Assembly: GCA_963765495.1 (NCBI GenBank) | Contig: CAVXWP010000007.1 | Location: 704,001 to 768,000 of the forward strand | DNA: 64,000 bases | Direction: 5' to 3' | Source of the DNA: Blastocatellia bacterium | GTDB lineage: Bacteria; Acidobacteriota; Blastocatellia; UBA7656 | Shown: in pieces, positions 8,934-17,523 of the stretch | Numbering within the stretch: the first letter of the stretch is position 1 | How the letters are laid out: each line of letters starts with the position of its first letter | The notes under the pieces: model-generated | What the model was told of the DNA's origin: nothing | Seen by the model: only the letters and a program-made list of their open reading frames with translations | The model's database searches: none | Position numbers and translations under genes: made by a program

Positions 8934-10259
8934 ATGAACAGGTCACTAATCGCATTTTGCTTGCTCGTCCTGTTGTTGCTGGCGGTCGGCGCTCGCGCTC
9001 AGGAGGCCAAAGGAACAGGCACCGTAGTGCTCCGCGCGGCCCGCCTCATTGACGGGACTGGCGCTGACGCTATATCAAACGGTGTGGTCGTCATCACCGA
9101 CGACAGGATTGCCGCCGTTGGAAAAGAGGGCAGCGTAAGGATACCTCCGGGCGCGCGCGTGATCGATCTTGGTGATGCTACGCTGTTGCCGGGGTTCATA
9201 GATGCGCACACGCATATCATCGGGCGGACGCTCGGCGACCCGAACGGAGACAACGCCGTTGTGCGCGACTACGACTCTTTCGCTGCGATCCTCGGCGTAG
9301 CCAATGCCAACAAGACCTTGATGGGAGGATTTACAACCATTCGCAACGTAGGCGCTCCGAACTTCGACGACATGGCTTTGCGCAAGGCCGTCAATGACGG
9401 GTTCATTCCCGGCCCACGTATGCAGAATGCCGGGCACGCGATTGGCATCACGGGCGGACACTGCGACGAAAACGGATTCAAGCCCGGCCTTCTCGACGGC
9501 TCTATAAAAAACGGGATAGCCGACGGCCCCGAGCAGGTACGCGCAGCCGTGCGCTATCAGGTCAAGTACGGGGCCGATGTGATAAAGACCTGCGCGACGG
9601 GCGGAGTGCTTTCCGAAGGCGATGCCGTAGGCGTTCCACAATACACGTTTGAAGAGCTGAAGGCGATGGTGGATGAGGCTACAAAACTTGAACGCAAAGT
9701 GGCCGCCCACGCGCACGGTACGGAAGGGATCAAGATCGCGGTTCGCGCCGGGGTGGCTTCGATAGAACACGGCTCTTTTCTCGACGAGGAAGGGGCGAAA
9801 CTGATGGCGGAGAAGGGAACATTTCTGGTCCCCACTTTGTCGGCTTCCGAGGCCGTGATGCGAGCCGTTACAACGGGCAGACTGACGGGTCTTCGCGCCG
9901 AGAAGGCAAAGGCCGCCTCCGCCGCTGTCCATCAGGCGATCAAATACGCGCTGGCCAATAATGTCCGCATCGCTCTTGGCACAGACGCCGGAGTGGGACC
10001 GCACGGCGCGAACGGCCACGAGTTCACTCTGATGGTTGAATACGGCCTCACTCCCATGCAGGCAATCTTCGCGGGAACTATGAACGCGGCAACGTTGCTT
10101 GGCTGGGAATCGCGTATCGGATCGCTTGCCGCCGGGAAACTGGCCGACATCGTCGCCGTCCCCGGCGACCCGCTGAAGAATATCAAAACTATCGAACACC
10201 CGATCTTCGTTATGAAGAACGGAGTCGTGTATAAATCAGAACCCCTCGCGGCTCGATAA
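8934..10259 (+). CDS. Secreted amidohydrolase (Xaa-Pro dipeptidase-like metal-dependent hydrolase)
   Basis: CAGGAG RBS, signal peptide, PGFIDAHTH, AAHAHG, SIEHG, GTDAG, GKLADIV motifs. Confidence 0.9.
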   Translation: MNRSLIAFCLLVLLLLAVGARAQEAKGTGTVVLRAARLIDGTGADAISNGVVVITDDRIAAVGKEGSVRIPPGARVIDLGDATLLPGFIDAHTHIIGRTLGDPNGDNAVVRDYDSFAAILGVANANKTLMGGFTTIRNVGAPNFDDMALRKAVNDGFIPGPRMQNAGHAIGITGGHCDENGFKPGLLDGSIKNGIADGPEQVRAAVRYQVKYGADVIKTCATGGVLSEGDAVGVPQYTFEELKAMVDEATKLERKVAAHAHGTEGIKIAVRAGVASIEHGSFLDEEGAKLMAEKGTFLVPTLSASEAVMRAVTTGRLTGLRAEKAKAASAAVHQAIKYALANNVRIALGTDAGVGPHGANGHEFTLMVEYGLTPMQAIFAGTMNAATLLGWESRIGSLAAGKLADIVAVPGDPLKNIKTIEHPIFVMKNGVVYKSEPLAAR

Positions 10260-10302
10260 GGCCGCATTATTTTTGAGACCTTGAGTGACCTGGAGAAGAC
10301 TT

Positions 10303-11985
10303 ATGAAACCACCCGCTCGAATAAAAACCCGAACATTGCCGGTTCTCCTGCTTTCGATAATCTTTCTGTCGCAGGCCGCTTTGGGCAGACAGTCTGCGAC
10401 TGCTCCGGCAAAATCTGCCGCCGCTCTTTCGCCGATTGAGCGCGCCGCCGTTTCGCGTATCAGTGTAAAGACGATCCGCGAAGTGACCTCAACGCTTGCT
10501 TCTAAAGAGATGGAAGGGCGTGGAACGGCTCAGCCGGGCGCTGACAAAGCCGCCAGATACATTGCCGACCGTTTCGCAAAAGCCGGATTGAAGCCGCTCG
10601 GCGACGGCGGCACTTATCTGCAATCCATAAATTTCAAGGTCGAGCAGGCCGAGCCCGTCTCCTCATTCAAGGCGGGCGATACGACCTTCAAATTCAAAAA
10701 TGAATTTGTCGTGGCCCCGCCTTTCCCCGCCGAGCCGGTGGATGTTTCAGCCGATATGGTCTTCGCCGGTTACGGTGTCTCCTTGCCCGAACTCAAGCGA
10801 GATGACCTGGCCGGGATCGATGTGAAAGGCAAGATAGTCATGGTGCTTGGGGGCAGGCCGAATAACGTGGATGAATCGGCGTGGTCGAAGCGCGCAAATC
10901 TGCAAACGGTCATAACCGGGCTTGTCGGCAAGGGGGCCGTAGGGTTTGTCATCGTGTACGCGGGCAGGGAAACGCAGCCTTACCCGCTTGTAGCGACCTA
11001 TCTGTCGCGCAGGCGAGTGGCCCCGGCCGGGGCGATGCAACTGCCTTTCAAGATACCGCCGATTCTGTTGATAAGCGACGATACGGCCGCCAAACTCTTT
11101 GCGGGATCAGACATCAGCTATGAGGCGGCGAAGAAGAAGGCCGAGGCTGGAGAGTTTGTTTCAACTGGCCTCGGGAAGCAGAGTTCGATTTCGATTCGGG
11201 TCAGACGGGGAGAAGGCGCGAGCAGCAACGTGGTCGGGGTGCTTGAAGGCTCGGACAACGCGCTGAAAGCGGAAGCCGTGGTTTATACGGCTCACTATGA
11301 CGCTTACGGGATCGAGCCCGACGGAACTATTTATCCGGGCGCTGCCGATAACGCGCTTGGAGTCGGGAAACTCATAGCGATAGCCGAAGCCTTTCAGTCA
11401 TCGAAGACGCGCCCGCGCCGCTCGATCATTTTTATTGGCCTTACCGGCGAAGAGTACGGCTTGCTTGGAGCCGAACATTGGGTCCGCCATCCAACATGGC
11501 CGATTGAGAAAGTCGCCGCCAATATCAACTATGACGGCATAGGCACAGAAGTTTGGGGACCTCTCCAACTGATAATTGATTACGGCTTCAAGCACTCGGA
11601 TCTGGGTTCGGTGATAACGGACGTAGCGGCGGCAAGCAATGTTACGATAGTCCCCGATCCGTCCCCCGAAGAGCGAATCTTTTATCGCTCGGACCATTAC
11701 GCGTTTTTCAAGAGGGGCGTGCCTTCGCTCTACCTTATAGGAGCGCCCGGAGGCGATGAAAAAGCGATGTTTGAGCGCGCAAGGAAATGGCTTATGACCG
11801 ACTATCACATGGCGACCGACACCGTACGCCCGGACTGGAGCTGGGATGGAGCGCGGTTGCTTGCGGCGCTTGGCATGGTAGCGGGAATGCGCGTAGCCAA
11901 TCAGGAACAGATGCCCGCGTGGCTGCCTTCCTCGCCGTTCAATCGCCCGCGCGGCACAAATCTGCCGCCGCCGCCCGTTGAGTAA
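10303..11985 (+). CDS. M28 family metallopeptidase with PA domain
   Basis: Signal peptide; EMEGRGT, AHYDAYG, GAADNALG, TGEEYGLLG, RSDHYAF, DYH motifs. Confidence 0.9.
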   Translation: MKPPARIKTRTLPVLLLSIIFLSQAALGRQSATAPAKSAAALSPIERAAVSRISVKTIREVTSTLASKEMEGRGTAQPGADKAARYIADRFAKAGLKPLGDGGTYLQSINFKVEQAEPVSSFKAGDTTFKFKNEFVVAPPFPAEPVDVSADMVFAGYGVSLPELKRDDLAGIDVKGKIVMVLGGRPNNVDESAWSKRANLQTVITGLVGKGAVGFVIVYAGRETQPYPLVATYLSRRRVAPAGAMQLPFKIPPILLISDDTAAKLFAGSDISYEAAKKKAEAGEFVSTGLGKQSSISIRVRRGEGASSNVVGVLEGSDNALKAEAVVYTAHYDAYGIEPDGTIYPGAADNALGVGKLIAIAEAFQSSKTRPRRSIIFIGLTGEEYGLLGAEHWVRHPTWPIEKVAANINYDGIGTEVWGPLQLIIDYGFKHSDLGSVITDVAAASNVTIVPDPSPEERIFYRSDHYAFFKRGVPSLYLIGAPGGDEKAMFERARKWLMTDYHMATDTVRPDWSWDGARLLAALGMVAGMRVANQEQMPAWLPSSPFNRPRGTNLPPPPVE

Positions 11986-12149
11986 AACGACCTGAAAAAG
12001 AAAATTAAGGGCAGCCTGGGAATCTATTTACAGCCATTTAGCTGAGTTCGGAAGAGTTTAATTCAAGTCTGTAAACTTTGGTTTGGTTAGACTTGTCGGA
12101 CTCAGCTATCATTTTGTGTGTGGCTGACTTTTGCCGTGTTTTGCTGAGT

Positions 12150-12170
12150 TGGCACACTATTGGCACACAA
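12150..12170 (+). repeat. Tandem GGCACAC repeat (putative integrase arm sites), left copy
   Basis: TGGCACACTATTGGCACACAA, 20/21 identical to 16380-16400. Confidence 0.7.
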
Positions 12171-12194
12171 GATTTTTCTCTTACCGCTGGAAGT

Positions 12195-14594
12195 TTACTC
12201 GTATCGGAGCGCAATGCCTGGGTCTATTTTTGTCGTTCTTCTTGCGGCAATATAGTTAGAAATCAATGCCACTGTCATCACTAATGACGAGATAGTACCA
12301 AACGTCATAGGATCGGTTGTACCGACCCCGTAAAGTAAACTTGATATGAAACGAGTAAAAATCAACGCGCCGGCTAAACCTATTGCTACACCTATGAGAA
12401 CCAGCGCCAAACCTTGTCCTAGTACAAGTCTTATCACATCTTTCGGCTGAGCACCGAGGGCGAGACGTATACCTATTTCATGTGTACGCTGTGTGACATG
12501 ATATGACATCACTCCGTAAATCCCCACTGATGCAAGACACAAAGCAAGAATTGCAAATATGGTGAGCACTAAAGTATAGAATCGAGTATCGGCCATCCCT
12601 TCTGCCAATACTGATTCCATAGTGTTGATGCCTTCAATAGGTTGATCTTTATCAATTGCCCAAACTGCTTCTTGAACAGAGGCAGCTACCCCCAATGGAT
12701 TGGAGGCGGTTCGTATTACAAGGTTTGCAGCATTGGATGGATCTTGCGTTAGTGGAACGTATACAGCGGGCTCTGGTTGTTCGGACAAGCGAGAGTGTCT
12801 TACATCTTCTACTATGCCAATAATTTCTGCTCCTGAATTGATTGGCAGGCGTTTCCCAATGGGATTTTTATCGGAAAACAGTTTGCGTGCCAGAGATTCG
12901 TTTATCACTACAACATGAGGGCTGTTCTCTTCATCCTGTTGCGTGAAATATCTTCCCTTCAGAAGTGATATGCTCATCGTTTGAAAGTAATTTTTATCAA
13001 CAACCCTATAGCGTGCTGAATTTGAAGACGCTTCTCCCTCAAGCGAGAAGGATTGAAGATAATCTGGCCCTCTCATAGGTATTGAAGACGCTAGGCTCGC
13101 CTGCTCGACTCCTGGAAGTTGCGTTATTCGATCAAGTAATTCCCGATAAAACGGCAGCCTCTGCTCCTCTGTGTACTTATACCAGGGCAGAGTAATTTGC
13201 ATCGTAAGGACATTCTTAGGATTAAATCCGAGAGAGACATTTTGAAGGCGCAAAAGACTACTAATCATCAGACCTGCGCTTATGAGTAAAACGAGCGCCA
13301 GTGCAATTTCAGAGATTACGAGTAGACGACGAACCTGAAGTGTGTGTAGTCCTGTCGTTGAACTCCTGGTACTGTCTTTAATTGATTGACTCAAATCGAC
13401 CCTCGACGCACGCAGTGCAGGTGCTAATCCAAAGCCTATGGCTGATAGACCTGAGACAATGAGTGTAAATACAATCATCCTAATATCCAGGCCAAATGAA
13501 GCACTATGAAAAAGATTAGGGGGAAGAATTTTGACAGACAGGTTCAGTGTCCAACTGGCTAATATCAGACCTAAGACACCACCAATGAATGCAAGAAGCA
13601 AACTCTCAATAAGAAGTTGACGAATCAATGTGGTTCGGCTAGCCCCAAGCGCAACCCGGATCGCAAATTCTTTTGACCGTTCTGTGTTTCTTGCTAGGAC
13701 TATGTTAGCTACATTTATACAAGCAATCAGCAATACCAACAGGACCGCTGCCATTAGAATATAGAATGCTGTCTGCCTGCTGCCAAAGATCTCATCCCGC
13801 AGGGAAGTTATTAGGATGCCGCTATCAGCATCCGTATCTGGATGTTCTTGCTCCAGGTTTTGAGCAAGAGTGTTCATTGCTTCCTGAGCCTGTCGTAGGT
13901 TAACTCCCGGTTTTAGGCGGGCTATCGTTTTATAGGCTACTATCTGGCGATTGTTGCGCCCTTCGGGGAAAGTAAGCGGAACCCATAAATCACTGCCAAG
14001 AGGATTCTTAATGTCAAGCAGCGGCGGCATAATACCGACCACAGTGTATGCTTCACCGTTAAGTCCTAATGCATGACCTAAGATATTTGGGTTTGCCCCG
14101 AACCGACGCTTCCACAATTCATTACTCAGCAAAACTATATGACCCTGATCATTTAGTTCATCTTCCGGCAAAAAAGCTCGGCCATGAGCAGCCTCGATGC
14201 CCAACAAACTAAAGAAATTCACAGTTATCCCAGTGCCAAGAACACGTTCGGGGATATCCCCTCCCGTAAGATTAAATCTGACTCGCTTTGAAGTAGCAGC
14301 GTCCTCATAAGCCGCAATGTCTTCGAAAACCTGATTGCTGTCCCGCCAATCAAAAAAAACGCCGGGGGCGGTTAGGGTCTTATCTGATTTATTGCGAGAA
14401 GTCCTCCAAAGCATCACTAGTCTTTCGGGGTTATTGTAAGGCAATGGGCTGAACAAAACCTGGTTTGTCAGGCTAAATAATGCGCTGTTTATGCCGATAC
14501 CAAGCATAAGCGTCAAAACGGCAACAGTATTAATCCCCGGATTCTTGATAAGCATTCGCCAGGCATATCGCAAATCATTTAATAGCGGTTCCAT
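12195..14594 (-). CDS. ADOP family duplicated permease (MacB-PCD/FtsX x2)
   Basis: MEPLLNDLRYAWRMLIKNPG start, LLIACINVANI, EFAIRVALGASR, RTHEIGIRLALGAQ, IDPGIALRYE. The track's 31-aa N-terminal extension partly derives from a repeat. Confidence 0.92.
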   Translation of the reverse strand: MEPLLNDLRYAWRMLIKNPGINTVAVLTLMLGIGINSALFSLTNQVLFSPLPYNNPERLVMLWRTSRNKSDKTLTAPGVFFDWRDSNQVFEDIAAYEDAATSKRVRFNLTGGDIPERVLGTGITVNFFSLLGIEAAHGRAFLPEDELNDQGHIVLLSNELWKRRFGANPNILGHALGLNGEAYTVVGIMPPLLDIKNPLGSDLWVPLTFPEGRNNRQIVAYKTIARLKPGVNLRQAQEAMNTLAQNLEQEHPDTDADSGILITSLRDEIFGSRQTAFYILMAAVLLVLLIACINVANIVLARNTERSKEFAIRVALGASRTTLIRQLLIESLLLAFIGGVLGLILASWTLNLSVKILPPNLFHSASFGLDIRMIVFTLIVSGLSAIGFGLAPALRASRVDLSQSIKDSTRSSTTGLHTLQVRRLLVISEIALALVLLISAGLMISSLLRLQNVSLGFNPKNVLTMQITLPWYKYTEEQRLPFYRELLDRITQLPGVEQASLASSIPMRGPDYLQSFSLEGEASSNSARYRVVDKNYFQTMSISLLKGRYFTQQDEENSPHVVVINESLARKLFSDKNPIGKRLPINSGAEIIGIVEDVRHSRLSEQPEPAVYVPLTQDPSNAANLVIRTASNPLGVAASVQEAVWAIDKDQPIEGINTMESVLAEGMADTRFYTLVLTIFAILALCLASVGIYGVMSYHVTQRTHEIGIRLALGAQPKDVIRLVLGQGLALVLIGVAIGLAGALIFTRFISSLLYGVGTTDPMTFGTISSLVMTVALISNYIAARRTTKIDPGIALRYE

Positions 14595-14761
14595 AGAACT
14601 AATTAATCTCATCCTTTTAGCATACTGGAAATTAAATTCTTTGGGCCTGATCAATTTGAGATTCCAAATCTCAAATTCCGAGCGCATCGCAACTCATGTG
14701 CAGCGAAATATCAAGCAACTTACTTTCCAATGTAATTAGTGGCTAACAAAAAGTACCATAC

Positions 14762-15439
14762 CTATTTTTGTGGGGAGGATTGTTCCTCACATTCATCACA
14801 GTATATCTTATCATTTACTTTTCTCTCTGTATCAATAATACCTGGCATTTGGATATTGAAGTAATCTTCAACTTCCTTCTGCATAGACTCCTGATATGCA
14901 CCAACCCAATTTTTGAGGACCTCTCCATCCGGAGATACGACTATCGTCTGGGGCGTCCCGCCTAATTTATAAGCCTGTATAGTTGTAATTGGAAGATCAG
15001 TAATAACTGGAAAATCAAGATCGTGCTGGGTTACATATTCTTTGAGCTGATCTGTGGAGAGAGACAACCCTACGAAGTCGAATTTTTCGTGTAATTCATT
15101 AGCAAGAGTTTGGACATTTTGCAGATTTTTATAACACCATTTGCATTGCGGAGTAAACACATACAAGATCAAAGGTTTTCGCCTTCCATCATAAGCTATG
15201 GTTACAGTGTTACCATCCAAATTCTTTGCTGAGATCGCCGGGACCTTCTCCCCAATCTTAAGAGAACTCTCTCCTTTGATATATATCAGACTGTCCGTTA
15301 GTTCTCTTACTTTTGAAGCAAGGAAAATGTTAAGACAGGCAGAAATTGATAGAAGGACTGTCAGAATTAATATGCTTGATGGCATCCGCTGTTTTCTTGA
15401 AGAAATACTGGCACAGTCTATCTCAGTAGTTGCTTTCAT
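14762..15439 (-). CDS. Membrane-anchored TlpA/ResA-like thiol-disulfide oxidoreductase
   Basis: GAGGGAG RBS, N-terminal TM, GEKVPAIS...LDG, VFTPQCKWC (CxxC), GTPQTIVV cis-Pro loop, extra C-terminal CDEC. Confidence 0.85.
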   Translation of the reverse strand: MKATTEIDCASISSRKQRMPSSILILTVLLSISACLNIFLASKVRELTDSLIYIKGESSLKIGEKVPAISAKNLDGNTVTIAYDGRRKPLILYVFTPQCKWCYKNLQNVQTLANELHEKFDFVGLSLSTDQLKEYVTQHDLDFPVITDLPITTIQAYKLGGTPQTIVVSPDGEVLKNWVGAYQESMQKEVEDYFNIQMPGIIDTERKVNDKIYCDECEEQSSPQK

Positions 15440-15684
15440 TACTAATCACTCCCTCATCTATAAAGAATGCCTCCTAACCTCTTATGTATTTGTAAAGCTG
15501 CTATACTTAGCTGAAAGATTTCGGGGGCTCGGATTTGCAAAATTCTACCTCTGATTTTCGATTGAGAACCAGAGAAAGCTGGCAGTCCATAACAGGGTTA
15601 TGATAAGCAGATAAACCTACCTTCTGTATAATCTCAAACAACTGCTTTCTCAAACTCTATGTGATGGACCACCAGCAAATAGGC

Positions 15685-15921
15685 TCAGTTACCACCTCCC
15701 GGTTTACAGTAATTGGGCCTATCTGTAGTGCAGTCTGCCAGACCTCCGCTTGGCTGGTAGCAAAGCATGGTGCCTGGACAATCCGATGATACACTACAAC
15801 AAGTGCCACCCGGTGCGGGTACATTTGCCCATGTTGGGACAATGGTCAGTTGCCCGACTGCATAAATCATTGCTATCACAGCGAAGATATAAAGAAGCAA
15901 AAGCCTCGTAGGTTTCTTCAT
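15685..15921 (-). CDS. Secreted six-cysteine small peptide (78 aa precursor)
   Basis: AAAGGAGG RBS 9 nt before ATG 15921. Signal/leader MKKPTRLLLLYIFAVIAMIYAVGQLTIVPTWA; mature part CC-X5-C-X5-C-X9-C-X7-C. Confidence 0.8.
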   Translation of the reverse strand: MKKPTRLLLLYIFAVIAMIYAVGQLTIVPTWANVPAPGGTCCSVSSDCPGTMLCYQPSGGLADCTTDRPNYCKPGGGN

Positions 15922-16163
15922 ACAATACATCCTCCTTTAGTTTGTAGTGTTAACTGTTTGCATACTCTGTTGATATTGTAACTATCGACAGGGTTACAAA
16001 AGACCGAAGATTTTCAGCACTGGTTTTGGGAATCCCAAAGCAAAAATCTTTTAATTGTTGATTCAGCTAATCTTTTGTACCGACATACTAAATTAATGAG
16101 GTGTTGGGGCACCATTCAAAGACTACCATGAGTGCTTTTGACTACTCCTTCAAAAGCAGCAGG

Positions 16164-16192
16164 ACTATATTTCGCATTACTATTTTTGTCAA
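16164..16192 (-). promoter_or_regulatory. Sigma70-type promoter for the peptide-TlpA-ADOP operon
   Basis: Minus strand TTGACA-N17-TATAGT. Confidence 0.7.
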
Positions 16193-16379
16193 GAAATAAT
16201 CTTTAATATCGTGATTTTTATGTGCAGTTATTTTTTTATTTCTATTTGCATTACAAAATCGAAAGGAGTTATTTCCAGATTGGCATAAACCCAAATGAAA
16301 TCCTTTTTTGGTGAAAGCCTAAGCATAAGAGTTATCAGTGAAGCAAGGAACAAGAATGTATCTTATTGTTTGCTGCAAC

Positions 16380-16400
16380 TGGCACACTATAGGCACACAA
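16380..16400 (+). repeat. Tandem GGCACAC repeat (putative integrase arm sites), right copy
   Basis: TGGCACACTATAGGCACACAA. Confidence 0.7.
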
Positions 16401-16470
16401 AAGCTGGAAGGTATACTTTTAGACATCCTTTAAACTATTCAAAACACACATAAATAAATACGATTTGAGG

Positions 16471-16499
16471 AAAATGTTGGGCGACCTGGGAAGCCGCCC
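16471..16499 (-). terminator. Possible intrinsic terminator of the SLT gene, overlapping the att-like core
   Basis: Minus strand GGGCGGC-TTCCCAG-GTCGCCC-AACATTTT. Confidence 0.45.
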
Positions 16500-16588
16500 G
16501 ATTTCTAAGTGGAGGGAAATAAACCTGAGTTCCAAGAGGTCGTTTTCGAACTATCTATGAGTGCAATCTGTGGCTTCGCGTAATGCGA

Positions 16589-17263
16589 TTATCTCGTTAC
16601 CGGAGCGATCAGCCCAAACTTCAATGCGGCCTGTTTGGGATCGAGGATCGGATGATAAGTCTTTCCGTACGCTCCTACGATCTTATCTACATAATCCTGA
16701 GTCTCTTTATAATCGGGAACCTGATTGCCGCATCGCTTTACGGCGTTTTCGCCCGCGTTATAGCCTGCAAGCGCCAGCTTTACGTCGCCGTTGAATTCCT
16801 TGAGCAGCCAGCGCAGATAGCGCGCACCGCCCTGAATATTCTGCTCCGGGTCGTAAGGGTTTTCCACGTCAAACCTTTCGGCAGTGGCCGGGATTATTTG
16901 CATGAGCCCCTGCGCATTCTTTCCCGAACGAGCCGAAGTCTTGAAATTCGATTCCTGTTGAATCACGTAGTAAAGCAGTCGCGGGTCAACCCCGTTGTCT
17001 GCGCCTGCTTCATAAATTATCCTGTCAATCTCGGCATCGCCGCTCGAAGGTAAACCGGCTACTGTCTCTACAGTGTTTGCGCTTGCCGTAGGCGCTTCCG
17101 CTCTTCCATAAAGCGATAAGACTGCCATAAAGACCAATGATACTAGGGTAAAAGTTAAAACTGCCTTCACCCGTCTGCTCGAAGCACTAATTCTAATCAA
17201 TTGCATTCCCCTTAAAACCCCTTGCTCGTTCTTTGCACTGGTTTTTTGCTTTTTGAATCTCAT
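16589..17263 (-). CDS. Lytic transglycosylase (SLT domain), N-terminal membrane anchor
   Basis: QESNF catalytic Glu, GLMQI, LAGYNAG, ETQDYV motifs. Start may be ATG 17206. Confidence 0.9.
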   Translation of the reverse strand: MRFKKQKTSAKNEQGVLRGMQLIRISASSRRVKAVLTFTLVSLVFMAVLSLYGRAEAPTASANTVETVAGLPSSGDAEIDRIIYEAGADNGVDPRLLYYVIQQESNFKTSARSGKNAQGLMQIIPATAERFDVENPYDPEQNIQGGARYLRWLLKEFNGDVKLALAGYNAGENAVKRCGNQVPDYKETQDYVDKIVGAYGKTYHPILDPKQAALKFGLIAPVTR

Positions 17264-17264
17264 T

Positions 17265-17309
17265 AACGATACTTGCCAATTTCTAACCTGAAAACGATGC
17301 TTGCCAATT
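17265..17309. promoter_or_regulatory. 17-bp direct repeat, putative operator
   Basis: AACGATACTTGCCAATT (17265-17281) and AACGATGCTTGCCAATT (17293-17309). Confidence 0.5.
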
Positions 17310-17523
17310 ACAACCTAACCCGCTATGAATAATACTATGGACCCTCGCGCATATCAATATATCTCCAATGATTACAACGATTTCGCAAGATTCGGCGCAA
17401 TAGTTTCACAAGATATTTGCACCCCTTTTCAACTCCCCGAAGCGAAGTCCCTCAAATGAAAGCGATTAAATGTTGTGAACCGGTTGCGACCAAACGCGCC
17501 TCTTCATATAATCGCCAGCAAAT

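Larger units (their letters stand above)
12001..16492. mobile_element. AT-rich genomic islet with att-like direct repeats and arm-type repeats, no integrase
   Basis: Visibly more AT-rich than the flanks. GGGC(AG/GA)CCTGGGAA at 12009-12022 and 16479-16492; TGGCACACTAT(T/A)GGCACACAA at 12150-12170 and 16380-16400. Lies between convergent backbone genes. Confidence 0.65.

Noticed and set aside
12150-12165. TGGCACACTATTGGCA as a sigma54 promoter (also 16380)
   Set aside because: GG-N10-GC is present but TTGC is absent and no + strand gene follows; the 11-bp tandem at both island ends fits arm sites better.
14595-14687. N-terminal extensions of the ADOP, DnaJ (20284), AMP-binding (38982) and NifS (44102) ORFs
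   Set aside because: Translated repeat or intergenic DNA; family-typical starts lie downstream.
16470-16500. Intact tRNA, tmRNA or 6S RNA at the island end
   Set aside because: Only a tRNA-3'-like fragment; no D or anticodon arm and no TTCGA loop; no convincing 6S fold seen.
16572-16600. dif/Xer site (GCTTCGCGTAA...TTATCTCG)
   Set aside because: Spacer length and the XerD arm do not match; it overlaps the SLT stop codon.
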